A program made the translations under genes and the position numbers. A stretch of DNA of 63,899 nt, the filler included, from Ministeria vibrans ATCC 50519 (lineage: Eukaryota; Protista; Filasterea): the NCBI GenBank assembly GCA_943704425.1. It is 4 parts of 4 records of this genome, joined end to end, with 100 filler letters (N's around TTAATTAATTAA, not from the genome) between each part and the next. Parts side by side here need not be neighbours in the genome. Positions count along the whole stretch, not along the records: positions 1 to 17,604 come from CALSCP010001414.1; 3 more parts are not named here. One strand, 5' to 3'. The notes below the pieces were generated by a model. That model saw only the letters and a list, made by a program, of their open reading frames with translations. It did not search any database and was not told where the DNA came from. This document shows, in pieces, positions 1 through 12,900 of this stretch (its first letter is position 1; every line of letters begins with the position of its first letter).

Positions 1-87
<87 letters not shown>

Positions 88-252
88 AAGAAACAAAGTG
101 ATAGAGAGAAATAAAATGATAGAGAGAAACAAAGAGATAGAAAGAAAGTGATAGAAAGAAAGTGATAGAAAGAAAGTGATAGAGAGAAAGTGATAGAAAG
201 AAAGTGATAGAGAGAAAGTGATAGAGAGAAAGTGATAGAGAGAAAGAAACAA
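1..252. repeat. (GA)n microsatellite followed by tandem AGAGAGAAAGTGAT-type units (intronic)
   Basis: Directly visible: pure GA run to about 82, then about 10 degenerate copies of AAAGTGATAGA. Confidence 0.95.
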
Positions 253-299
253 AGGTGAATTGGTTAGTTGAGCAAGTGAGCGTAGTGCTTAGTGTGTAC

Positions 300-2323
300 T
301 CACTCGAGAGTCCAATCAAGAGTGCCAAAGAGTAGCCTTGTGACGCGACAAGTGACAAATTCCAGAGTGCCCGCCTCGTATCCGAGAAAAAACTGGTCGG
401 GGAACAGTGTGCTAGCAGAGAGTTCAAATGACGGCGAGCCAGTAAAGTTGTCTAAGGGAATAAGATGAGAAGTAGTTTCCTTCGTGTTTGGGTCGTACAC
501 TCTTGAATGACGGAAAAGTTTGACGGATGGTACGCTCGAATGAGAGTAAAGCGAGTGTCTGTGGCGGGCACATACTGGTGATCGCTGACAAAAAGCTGGT
601 GGGGAGACAAAGAGAGGGAGACAAAGGGTCTGCGGGACTTGGTGGATGGAGAGCCAAAGTACACGTTGGCGGTGGGATTGCAGGTGGTGGAGTCGACGCA
701 AGTGCCGCCCGAGTCACCGCACCAGGAGGAAGGGTTGCAGGTGGAAAGTTGGTTGCAGCCGATTCCGGCGTAGCCGGCGGGACAGATACACTGGTTGACG
801 GAAGGAAGGCAGAACGAGTCAATGGTAATGTTAGACGGGGCGACGCCGGTGGTGGAGCCAACGTAGATCGCGTTGTTGCTGGAAATGGCAAACGTGCTGG
901 GGCTGCCGGACAAAAAGGTCGCGGAGGGAGCACTGCTGGTGCCGTAGTCGACATTGACTGAGGCGATTGAAGGGAGAACCAAGTTTGCACTGTCGAAGAC
1001 ATCGAAGAAGAGAAGTTGTCGTTGAGGTTCGTAGAAGAGCGCTGTCGAGTACATGGAAGAGTTTTGTGAGTCGATGTACTGAAGCCAGAGAACCCTAAGG
1101 TCGAGCGAGAGCTTCATAACAAAAACTTGACGGCCCGCGTCCGGCGTCTGGTCAAAGAGGGTGCCTTCAGAGTAGCCCGCAAAGAAAATGGCATTGAGGT
1201 CGTGTAGGAGCACGACAGAGTGGTGACGCGCCGGCCATTGGTCGTTTACGTTGCCAAACTGTATGGTAGCTTCCACTGCGCTCGTGTCTAGGTTGACCCG
1301 ATACAACACAGTGTCGATACCACCGAAAGGAGCGTCTCCCTGCAAGAGCTGGTCTGTGGCAATAGAGACCACTGCCATAAGGTGCTCTTCGTCGATGGCG
1401 AGTCCATAGGAGCGAACAAACGCTGGCACATTGCGAACGAGCACAATGTCGTCCGTGAGCCGTCCGTTGGTCTCGTCGAGCCGGCTCAAGGTCACGTTGA
1501 AGGGACCCGTGCCCTCGGTGTGTAGAACCAAAGTCGAATTGTTGACGCTGGCAAGTGCTGTGACGTGCGTCGATCTAAGAGACAAACAGTGAACAAAGTG
1601 AAGACACCAATGAGTTTGTTCTTCCTCTTACAGGGAAAAAGCGACGCCGATCAAGGGAGCAACAAGCCAATTGTAGACGGCAACAAACGAGCCGCCTTGG
1701 TCGAGCAGAGAGGCAACGACAAGTCTCGGAGAGGTCGGGTGGGGATGGGCCAAGAGGGCCACGGGCGTGTCGGCATTGGGCAGCGACGGGTGGAACTGCT
1801 GCTGGCGGACCACCTCTGACGCAGTCAGGTTGTACGTGGCAAAGAATGCGCGCGAGCCTGACGCGGGAAAGTAGCTGCCGTCCGAGGTGGACGCGATAAA
1901 GGCGACGTGACGCGACGCGTCGACCGCAACAATTCGCGGCGTCTCGCTCGAAGCCGCTGCGCCCCAGCTGTCGCTCACAGGCAGGTCGCACAGGGCATTG
2001 AGCTCTTCACCTCCGTTGGAGCACGTGATGACGGATGTTGCCCTGATGCTGCCTGAGAGGTGCAGAAGTAAAAAAGTAACATCATTCAAAATTTCATGAG
2101 ACACGCAGTGAGAGCACGGGCAGGAACGGGACGCTCACAGCAGCCAGAGAGTGGCTGTATAAACCCAAGGAAGCCGGAGAGAGAGAGTGTGTGTGTGTGC
2201 TATACGCAGTAACAGCGGCAGGGAACGGGCGCGTTGGTGACGTCTTTGAATCGATTTAAGGTTGGTAAATGGTAAATAATTCCTACCCAGGAGACATGCG
2301 AGCGTAACAAGGAGGGTAAGCAT
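300..2323 (-). CDS. Secreted/cell-surface protein with beta-propeller-like region and EGF-like Cys module; multi-exon, 3' end probably outside window
   Basis: Hydrophobic signal peptide MLTLLVTLACLLG at 2323; ORFs 1628-2104 and 452-1585 carry SBBP-like motifs (IFFAGYSEGTLFDQT..GRQVFVMKL, IYVGSTTG) and EGF-like CICPAGYAGIGC; exon boundaries approximate. Confidence 0.55.
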
Positions 2324-2959
2324 GGCACTGTATTAAGAATTAATACTTGTGCCACAGGACGGGAGGACCCGGCTGTTTGCTCAAAGATATAATTATAATT
2401 TTTATTATTATTATATTATTATTCGATTTCGAATTGCTATTGCCTGATTTGCCTCAATCCATAGAGATTTTTTTATTGTAGATCTGGTGACTGAAGAAAT
2501 TATTTAGAAATGGGTTGTATTCTTCTTCTAATAACTAGGTGCAACAAAAGCACAAGTGCTATCTATGAATAATCTATCCAGTCATTCCAGTGCGTGTCTA
2601 ATATGTAACTACACACAGAAACGACCTTTATCTCCAAACGAAAAGCGACAACAAAACAGAACCACTTTCTAACATAAAACGAATAATAATAATGATAATA
2701 ATTATATTATTATGACTTTCCAAAAGCGTGTGCCAAAAACTAATACGTGCATTTTATATCAGTCAAAAGCATTATAATTTAATTGTTATTATTAATAAAT
2801 GGGTTGTATTCTTCTTCTTCTAATTGTTATTATTATAATTGAAGAAGAACAATAAGATACTAATAATAATAATAATAATCATAATAATCATAATAATAAT
2901 AATAAATAATTTATTATTATTATCAATCACAAAAACCAAAAGACAATAACTGTAATTGC

Positions 2960-4351
2960 CTAAAATCTCGGTAAGCGTATCTTTCTCTTTCCCTTTCCTT
3001 TTTCACATTTTTTCTTCTGCCGCTCATGATGCTCCTCCAGCATTCGCGCAATCTCCATCTGCTTTGGTGACTGAACAAAAGTTTCTTCAGCCTTTCTCCA
3101 ATGCTTCTGTCGAATTCTTAGCGTAGCGTGGAAGCGCGAGTAGTCATAATTATCGCGACGAATGGCATCGGTCACTCGCTCGTCGGCCAACAGCAACTCC
3201 ACAATCTCCTTCTGTGACATATTGCACGCGCAATACAGTGCAAAATTGCCGTCCTGAGTTGGATCGACTGAAGCATCCGCCAGAAGCTCCTCTACCATGT
3301 TCTTGAATCCAGCCTCGCACGCCACATTAAGTGTGTACTGCTTGTCTGGCTTGCCATCGCCTTCTGGTCCATAGCGAAGAAGCTCATGCACAACCTCGAT
3401 GCGGCGGAATTGAATTGCCCACGCCATTGGTGCACATCGATGGTGCGTGAGGTCAGTGCGCGCGTGAACTGCGAGTCGCCTCACATGTTCGACCTCAACG
3501 ACGTCCTCGTATTTGATCAAGTCAACGAGCGACTCTGTCAAATCCATTCGCTCGTCCTCAAGAAGAACATCAAGGCACCCCGTGTGGCGGTGTCTCTCCG
3601 CCCTCCTCATTAACATCACAGATAAAAGTGAGCCGGCTGGCGTAAAGTCGAGAATGCAACGCAAGAGATCCGCTCGTCCCAGCACACAAGCAGCCGTTGC
3701 CGTCTCGTCGGTGATGTCCGCGTAGCGCTCTTGCGTTCGCACCAACTGGCCCCAAAAAGCATGTTCGCAAAGCATTCGTAACATTTCAATGGATTCGCTC
3801 TCGACGGCCAACACAAAAACGATTTGCGCACGATCTGGCAAGTGAAATTGGTCCAAAGAAAAAAGTCGACGCACAACATCAACTTGTCCAGAGTAAACTC
3901 CCAGTTCGAATGCGTTCACCTGAGTAAACCGGGAATGACTGCCACAAAGCAAGTCATGGTGTCTCACCTGGTATGCAGGTTTCTCAATGGGCTCCTCAAG
4001 CGCAAACGGTTGGTGCAACAAAAGGGAGTCGAGGCAGTTGACGAAACCCAACTTGACTGCATCGCCAAGAAGAGCAGAAAGCAAAGCCGGCGACATGGAA
4101 GCAAACAGGGGATGCGGTAGAGGCAAGCGCGATGCTGCAGCAATGTACCGAGTCCAGGCGGCAGGCGACAGACGCAGGAGAAGCTCGACTGCTCTCAACG
4201 AGTGGGTGTTGCTGAGGTTTCGAATGGAACGCCAGCCGTCGCTTGAGGCGGGACGGAACCACTGCTTGCACGTCCAGCGCAGGTGGCATGCAGTCCAAGG
4301 AGTGCACATGGACAGAATGAGGACTACGATTTCGTCAGAGAGGTTCTTCAT
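2960..4351 (-). CDS. F-box plus ankyrin-repeat protein, intronless, 463 aa
   Basis: N-terminal F-box-like NLSDEIVVLILSMC..LRWTCKQW; ankyrin units such as VDPTQDGNFALYCACNMSQKEIVELLLADERV. Confidence 0.8.
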   Translation of the reverse strand: MKNLSDEIVVLILSMCTPWTACHLRWTCKQWFRPASSDGWRSIRNLSNTHSLRAVELLLRLSPAAWTRYIAAASRLPLPHPLFASMSPALLSALLGDAVKLGFVNCLDSLLLHQPFALEEPIEKPAYQVRHHDLLCGSHSRFTQVNAFELGVYSGQVDVVRRLFSLDQFHLPDRAQIVFVLAVESESIEMLRMLCEHAFWGQLVRTQERYADITDETATAACVLGRADLLRCILDFTPAGSLLSVMLMRRAERHRHTGCLDVLLEDERMDLTESLVDLIKYEDVVEVEHVRRLAVHARTDLTHHRCAPMAWAIQFRRIEVVHELLRYGPEGDGKPDKQYTLNVACEAGFKNMVEELLADASVDPTQDGNFALYCACNMSQKEIVELLLADERVTDAIRRDNYDYSRFHATLRIRQKHWRKAEETFVQSPKQMEIARMLEEHHERQKKKCEKGKGKRKIRLPRF

Positions 4352-4395
4352 AGAGTGTGCATAGAGTTATAAAAAAATAGTCGTTCTAATTTCTA

Positions 4396-4518
4396 TTATT
4401 CTGAAGTTTCAGTTTGAACAACATTAATTTTTTTTTTACTGTAGTATGGGCAAAGCAAAGGTAGTCTTTGATCAGTGCAAGATGAATGTGGGCAACCAAT
4501 CTCGCTAACCATTTTCTG

Positions 4519-4551
<33 letters not shown>

Positions 4552-5770
4552 CATTCTTACGTCAAACTGGGATGCCTCTTTCGCCAGCGGAAGAAGTTTC
4601 ATGCTCGTTTCGTATCCACGCTGTTTGGGACCGTCATCGCCTTCCGAGTCCAGCCCAGATTCCTCACTGTCTTCAGAAGTCTCTTCCCACTCCGACACCC
4701 CTTGTTGCATCCTGGGTCGTTTCTTCCTTTTCGTAGCCGCTGCACCAAATCCCCAACCACCATCATCGCCTCCAGCACCTGTAGGAGCAGAAGAAGAGGT
4801 CGTAATAGAGGAAGACACATGATCTCGCTGATGGAGCGTTCCAGAGCAACGACGCAAGCGCTCCTCCACACATCGCTTGGTCGCGCCGGCTTTGGACGTG
4901 ACAGGGCGAGTCGCTGCCCTCATGGTACGTGACACAACATAATCGGTGTCTCTGTCTTCGTCACTTTCGGGCTCGGGACTGTTAGAATCGCCCTGCGGCG
5001 CATACTTGTTCACAAGCATGACCATCTCAGGGTCAACACCTACATCAGAGAGTGTCAACACAACCACAGTCTTCAATTGTCAATTTCGTACCAGCCACAT
5101 CAGCGCCTTCAAAGATTGCCTCAGTCAACTTCCGCTCCTTCTCAATATCCACTGCCCTCGCCATCCTCCTCCTCCTCCTCCTCTTCTTCTTCTTCTTTGC
5201 CTCTTTCGTCTCTTCTAACGACGCGACGCTCTCCTCTTGCATCACTGGTTCCGTCTTCTCTTCTCGACCCTCGGCCTCTTGCGCCTCCACTCCACCGTTC
5301 CATGCGTACTGCACATCGTCGTCTCCTCCAAATGGCTGCAGCTCAGCATAGGCATCGGCCACCCTCGTACCACACTCATCTATTCGCGCGCACAATTAGA
5401 GATATTATAAAAAAAAAACACATCAGCGCTAATTAATCTTCTCCTCCTTTACCACTTGACCGCTGCTCATCTATCGCCAGTAGTGCCTTCTTCCTCTTCT
5501 TGGAACTTTTGGTCTTCGTCTCCTCCTCCTCCATCTCTCTCGGTTTCTTTTTCATCATCGCCGTCTTCTTTTTCTTCTTCTTCTTGTGCAAACTCGCTTC
5601 CCTCGTCATTTCGACTTCATCCTCCGCCTCTTCTTCCTTTGTCTCAAAGTCCTCGCCAATCCAATCGGGCTCATCAGGTGAAATCCGAGGAAACACTAAA
5701 ACACAAACACACACACACACACACACACACCACAAACACACGCCACATACACAAACACACGCCACATACA

Positions 5771-5802
<32 letters not shown>

Positions 5803-8420
5803 TTACATCACATAATTATTTACAAAATGTACAATGAATCAGAAGGCATGTCACACAGCGTCTCGCTTACTTTCTCTCATCGACGAAATAGCTTGCGTTT
5901 TTCGCGGCGACGCTTTCGTACGTGTCTCCTTGGCCGCCTCGCCCATGGTGCTATCTCTCTTCCTATCCACAGAAGACGTCTCCTTGGCCCCACTCTCTGT
6001 CCTCTTCTTCTTTGGCCGGTGTGCCCCTGATCCCTTACGTCGCGGTGCTGTTTCACCCAGTTTCTCGGGATGTGGTGCAACAGAGATGGCGCCCAGTAGC
6101 GGCCCCTCGTCAAACATGGAACGCATTTTCGCTGGTTTCTCTACAACAGAAGAAGTATTGTGAAGAAACGCAAAAAAACAGAACACAACTTACTTTTCTC
6201 TGGTTTATCCTTCCACTGTACATTCCCCTGTACAACCTCCAGCATCACCAGACTGTCGTCAGACTCGCTGCCTCTGCCCCCCTCTTGCTCCTGTCGCCCT
6301 GTTTCTTCCTCCTCTTGACTCTTTCCCTTGCTGCTCTTCATCACCTTCGTCTTATTGATCGGCTGCTCTTCCCGCTCCCGTTGTCGCACTGGCTCTGCCT
6401 TGGACTTTCCTTTTAATTGCAATTTCCGTCGCTTTCTGTCCTGTCTTCGCCTTCTCTCCTGTTCCCCTTCAGTTCCCTCCACCTCTTCCATCTGCCTCTT
6501 TAACATCATCTTCTTCTCCATCTTCGCCTTCGATCGCCTCCTCCTTTCCCTCTCTTCATTTTCATCTTGGTCTTCCTCCTCTTCCCGTGCTTCTTTCGTC
6601 CCTTTCTCATTCTGTCGCTTCAACTCCTGGTACATCCGTAGAGCCTCAATCTGTTCCGATAAATCCATCTCTACCGAACAAAAAAAAACACATGATTCAT
6701 CACACGTCACTCTCTCTTCCTACGATTGTCTTACCAGACGCACTCAAGTCTTCCACTACATCAGCTACAAGCAGCGAAAAAAAAACGAAAAAATAACGAA
6801 AGAAGACGGTTGAGACAAAATTAAAAGACACAAGAGGTCATAAAATCGCAGTACTGTTCAGCTGGAAGAGAGCACGTAGAGCGGCGGCGCGCAAAGGACG
6901 CACTGACCGTTTATTGGGCAGATCTGCCGACGCCCCCAACTCGGCCAGCTCACTCACGATCTCTCCCTCTTCGCTGTCACCCTCCATGTCATCCTCGTCT
7001 GCATCATCTTCCTTCTCTTCGCTTGTATCGTAGTCCATATCTATAGCTTTGTTGCGGTGCGTTCTTCCGCCCCTCTTATCATCTGTCCCTTTCCGCCCCA
7101 CCACTACACAAACACATACACAAGCGAATGATCATGACAACATGTTGTTTCTTTCTCCCTCATTTCTCTCTTCTCGTTCGTGTTCAGTGTTTTGTTAATT
7201 ACTTACGGCACTGCGAGAGCAACAATTTCGCTCGATCGTTGGGCACCGTCAACTTCATGGGACTGTGGGAGACGACGGACCGGGGACGTCCTTTGGGCGC
7301 ACCTAAAACCAAACAATACAAAACAAAGCAAAAAAAAAATCAGATGCGAAGTGAACAAGCTACGCTACTTAGAGACGCATACCCTTCCAATATGTTTTTC
7401 CACTGAGACGCTCCTTGATGGCGGTAAGCAGCCAAGAGGGCGCTGCAGCCGGTTGAAAGACCAGATCCAGTACGTGTTGTAGTGCATCAGGGGTGATGTT
7501 GGGCTCAGAGGCAAGCATGCGTTCTCGAACTACATGCCGGTAGATATGGGCGAGCATGACGCTGTCGTGGCTCGATGGGAAACGCTGCGGATGTGCCGAG
7601 CGAAGGTGTGCTGAAAGAAGTGAGGTGTCGCCAACAGACTTGGAGCAGAGGGCGCAGATGAGGGCGAAGAAACTCGGTGGATGGAAGCGTATCATGTGTT
7701 GGTGAGCACCGTCGTTGGAATCGACCTGACGGAACGGATTGTTCCAGCACGGCTCACCGTCAGCTCGTGTGCCCAAACACACGCATGTTTCATCACGCAG
7801 AATCACAATGCGATGGTTGCTGTCGCTCGGATTGACCAGAATGTCGCCGAGATGATCCTCAACACATGCCTGGAACAAGCTCTCGCCAAACGCGACGGGT
7901 ACACTCTGAGGCGCCCACAGATCCTCAACGCCTCCCGCCGCCTCGCTGTACATGGCGCGCCATGCGCCCCCAGGGAGGTGCGGCGTCGCTCTCGGCGCGT
8001 CCTCATCTGTGTCGCCGTTGCGTTGCGTCTCGTCAAAATCATCGCGCGCGTACATGTCGGCGTGACACGCCTCCAGGTGTCTCGCCAGCTTGGTTGTCGA
8101 CTCGACGGCGTGGTGGCAGTGGACGCATCGCAGGGCATCCAGGCTGTGGGGGTGGAAGTCAACGAAATGCGAATGGATCAAAGCAACGGGAAATGCCGCG
8201 CTGGCGCACTGCGTGCCGTCGACGCGCGAGTATCTGCACTCACACATCACCCACGGGTCCCCCCCCTTCAGCGTGAACAGACCCGACATCGACCAATGTT
8301 TCACAACCTGTCAAAAAGTGTCAGTAAAACAGAAGACAATAAAAGAGGGAAGGGAGAGCGAACCTTGGGTGTGGTGCTTGTCGGATGAACACAGATGGTT
8401 GGAAGGACACGGCACAGCGT
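4396..8420 (-). CDS. Multi-exon nuclear protein: two paired zinc-finger modules, AT-hook-like PKGRPR, long Lys/Glu-rich low-complexity tail
   Basis: Exon 7383-8307 has two C-x8/9-C..H-x4-HP..CxxC-x12-H-x4-H modules; splices in frame (K-G|APKGRPR..QC|LVGRKG) to downstream charged exons; start codon and 3' end uncertain, tail could be a separate gene. Confidence 0.6.
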
Positions 8421-8598
8421 GTCCAAACACACGTAAAAATTATTGATTAGTCTTTTTGTATTATTTTCATTATTCGCAGCCGAGTGAATCTAATCTTCAA
8501 TATTATTAGATACACCAGATTAACTCCTTGAATAAAAATATGTTATACGGTTACTTTTTATTCACATAATGTACAATGTATAATGTTTCGATTTCGAT

Positions 8599-9898
8599 TC
8601 AGTCAACCAGGTGATACTCAAGGACCATAGGAAGAGGCTAAAACAAGCAAGTAGAGAAGGCGAGAACGTAAACAAAGTACGCACACAAACTAAAAAATGA
8701 ATAAAATATCAAAATTCTTACGCGTGATTTCCATCTCTTCTCGCGAATCTTCGAATATCGCGTCTTCACCGGAATATCGTTTCCTCCGTTACAGCGAAAC
8801 GCAATCTTCTCCGCGTCCGACACACCACATGCCTCAGCAACTATGTTGCGCAGCTTTTTCAACGTCTTGTGACTCGTAATCTGAAAAGGAAAATGAAAAT
8901 GTAAGCACCAATATGCACTCGCACAAAACTGATCATGATTCGTACCATAAACACGTTGGGAGAGATTGGATGAAGTGACGAGCCACTAGTAGGGGAAACA
9001 AGTACCTGTACCATCGCCTGCTCAGAAAGGCTTTCATCGTCCTCCACCGTCTTCTCTCGTGCCACAGACCCTCCTCCCCCTTCTCCCCTTTCTTCTTCTT
9101 TTTCTTCTTCCTTTTCCGCTTCAATCGTCCTCTGCCTCTTCAGAGTCTTCTTCGTCTCACTATCCTCCTCCTCCCCCTCACCCTCCTCTTCTTTCATGCC
9201 CCCGCTGCGTTTCCGTGCTTTCTCACCATGTCCATCACCACCACTAATGATAGCCTTTTTTGTCTTTCGCTCCTTTTCGACGTCACTCCCTTCCTGTTTG
9301 TGCTTCTTCGCACGCCCATCCTTCACTTGTAGTCGAATCTGTGCCTCTTCCTGTTGCATCCGCTCCACCGCCTCCTCTGCTTCACGTGTCTCCCTAGCCT
9401 CTGCCAACAGTGCTCGTTTCCGCACTCGCTCCGCCTTCTCTTGTGCTCTTCGTTGTGCCGCTCTCTCTTCCTCCTCAAGTGCTCGTTTCTTTGCCTCCGC
9501 ACGCTTCTTCTCCTCTTTCTGTCGTTTCTGCCACTTGCGCTGATCTTCTGCCGCCAACAGTCTTGCCGTCTCGGCTGCCTCAGCCGCCGCCCGTTGCAAA
9601 TCCGCATCGCTACTCTCCTCGCTCGCACTACTCCCACTCACAATCGCACTCGCAACATTCTTCTTCGCTGTGGTATTCAATGACATTGTCACAGATACCA
9701 CAGCCTCAGATCCTTTCGAGGGTTGCTGTTCTCCCACCTCCCCCGCCAATCGCTCTGCAATCCTTTGAATCAGCGATGCCATTGAACGTTTAATCGTTAA
9801 AGTTCCCCCACGCCTCTTCTTCTTCTTCGCTGCTACGATCACATTCACCAACGAGTTATCCTCCTTCAAAATCTCTTGCACAGACACCTGGAAAAAAA

Positions 9899-9929
<31 letters not shown>

Positions 9930-12900
9930 CACATAAGGTGAATAAAATCCATCTCATTATGATCTCAAAAGGGTATTACTCTGGAATCCGCCGGAATACT
10001 TTCAATGCCGTGTTCAGAAGCAAAGAGTACACGCGCCGCCAGCTCCTCGGCGGCCACTCTCGGCACCAGTTTTCTCACCACATCCTCCAGTAGATGATCT
10101 CGAGTCACAGACTCCATTGGCTGCAGCTGAATGCACAATAAAAAGTTCAAGGAGTTCGTCGGAAGCGCTCCTTTCTCGTTTGTACCTCTTGAAGAGAAAT
10201 CGGACAGTCTGGAAAGGGACAGGTGCGATTGACGATGGCACCATTGGCGTTGCGCGGTGACACATGACTCACAAAACACGACCGGCAGAAGTGGTGCATA
10301 CATTCGCGCACAGTCACCGGATCAATAAGGTACCTGAGCACCAACAGAACAACATCAATATTATTATTATTATAATAGTTTTATTATTATTATTATTGTT
10401 ATTATTATTGTTATTATTATTGTTATTGTTATTATTATTGTTATTGTTATTATTATTGTTATTGTTATTACTAATTATTATTATTATTATTATTCGTCGC
10501 GTCTAGTCAATAAACTGCTGCTTGTCTATGGATCAATAAGGTTCGTACCCAAAACAAGCACCGCATGCAAGGTATTCGTTGACGAGCTCAATGTTCGCCA
10601 TGACCATATCGTCGACAATGATGGCGTGCTGGCTGTGCGCAAGAACCTGAATGCGAAGGAGAAAGAAACACAATCGGAAAAAGTGTCGCAATCTTTTATT
10701 TTATTTTATTTTTAAAAAAAATGGTTATGAGACGTACCCCATTGAATGCCAGTGAGGCTGTAGACGACGACGGGGACGAAGAGACTGCAGGAGCCGTGGT
10801 GGCACTTGCCGCAGTCGAAAGAGTCTTAGTGGTCTTGGCAGCGGTTGACGGAGAACGGACACCGTGTCGCCGGGAGAGAGATGATAGTGACAACAATGAT
10901 GATGGTGGTGGTGATGATGGTGGTGGTGGTGACGATGATGACGATGCTATCCCGAGAGCAGTGCGTGGTGATGCCTTGTTGGGCCGTGATAAAGAGTCCG
11001 GTTCGTCGTTGATGGTGGCGTCGTCAAAGGCGAGACGCACACCTGTCGACGTAGCGGCAGCGCGTGTACTACTACTACGACTACTAGGACCACTACAAAT
11101 ACTGCTGCTAGTACTACTACTACTATTGTTGTTGTTGTTGGGAGTGCTTGGTGCGCGCCGCTTCTTCGACGCCGCCGTGGTAGCAGCGGTGATAGAGGCA
11201 GCCGAGGCAGCCGACGCGGCAATGTGAAGGTGACGCATGCTTTTGGTGGGCAAGGGCGAAACAAGGTCGCCCGAGTCGATGGAGCTCGTGTCGCTCTGTT
11301 TGCGCGTGAGCTTTGTTGGTGTTAAACCGGAGGGCATTGGAGACTGCAGGTGGCGCTTCCAGAGACTTTGCCAGAGCGAGATTTGAGCGAGATAGTCGTT
11401 TGAGGGTTTGTGAACGTCCCAGAGAGAGGCGATGTCGGAGTCGGAGAGGCCGCGCTCGCGCTTGAGATACGCAGCATAGCCCTCTTTGTGATCGACTCGC
11501 GTGTCTTTTGCCGGGTCGGCGATGAGGTCGACGTGGTCCGTCATGAGGTGATTCTTGAGGAAACGCGTGTTGGAGATGGACTCGTTGCAGACGCCGCAGA
11601 CGAGACGGGCGCAATGCAGCGGGTGGTACGATGAGAAGTGGTTGGCGAGCGAGCGCTGGTAGAACGGATTGGTGCAGCATGGGGTACCGTCGAGACGCGT
11701 GGCGAGGCACACGATGGTGCCGTGGGGTAGCACAACGACGTCAAAGTGGTGTGAGAACGATGGCTGGGCTGCCACCGACTCGAGCAGGTCCATACACTGC
11801 AAACGAAGTGACTCACCAAAGAGAGCGGGTACGGGCGCCGTCTCCCACACGCCGCGCACGAGGCGGTTGAGTGTCGCTTCGTCGCTGATGCCTTCGTTCT
11901 GCAGTCGATTGACAACACACTTGTCATATGCAAAGTTCCACATGGAGCCAAAGGAGAAGTTGGTCGAGTCGGCGTCGTCAAAAAGCTGTGCAAGGGCGTC
12001 CTTATGTTCGGTGAACAGGTGGGGCTGCAGATCGCCCGTCGTGCCGACATGCACATCGCAAAAGGCACAGTAGATGCCATACTTGCAGTCGGGGTGGTAG
12101 TGTGAGAAATGATGAGCAATGCGCTCGGCGAAAAAGGGTGGGCCCGCGCAGGTGCGACCAAAGTCGTCGATCATGTGACAAATGACTTGGTCTCGCGTGG
12201 CATCCGACTTGAGCACGAACGAGACCTTTTGGCGAGAGGCAATCGCGTCGCGTTGGAGCGCCACCCAGTCGGCGAATCGCCGAGGCACTCGCTCCGTGAA
12301 CCAAAGCCTGGTGATCTCGTCGTCAATGGAAGTCTCATCTACACCATCGTCACTCAGCTTGCGACGCACCGCCTCCTCGTACGCCCCGTGCCACTCGCTC
12401 CTTTTCTTCGCGCTCGTGCCTCTCGCAGTTGTAGTGGTAGTAGTAGATGATGATGGTGCTGTGGTTGTTGTAGCCGTGCGGCCCTTGGCGCTTCCATGGA
12501 GCAAACTGGCCGGCGTTGCGGCTGTGACGGTGATGGAGGTCGTGTCGCTGTCGTCGAAAAGTTGGAAGGGAAACTGAGCGGGGTGACAGCACGCCAAGTG
12601 TGTGGCAAGTGAACTGGGACAGAGAGTATCGTGGCAGATGACACAGTGAATGCGGTAGAGCGAGCGTGGATGGTAGTTTTCAAAGTGCTTCTCGACGGCA
12701 TCGGGGTGAAACGGGGCAGAGCGACACTGGTCGCCGTCGACCGTGATGCGACAGCACTTGACAAGACCACTCACGAGAAGAACCCCCTCAAACGAGGGCG
12801 CCGGCTCGCTATCATCGTCGATACACAATGCAGACTTGCACGAGACACTCTGGCTTGCTGCTGCGGTCTGGCTGTCGCACAGGGCGAGAGTGGTGAGCAA

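Noticed and set aside
2960-4351. Endogenous giant-virus insertion
   Set aside because: No viral hallmark genes nearby; flanks are spliced host genes
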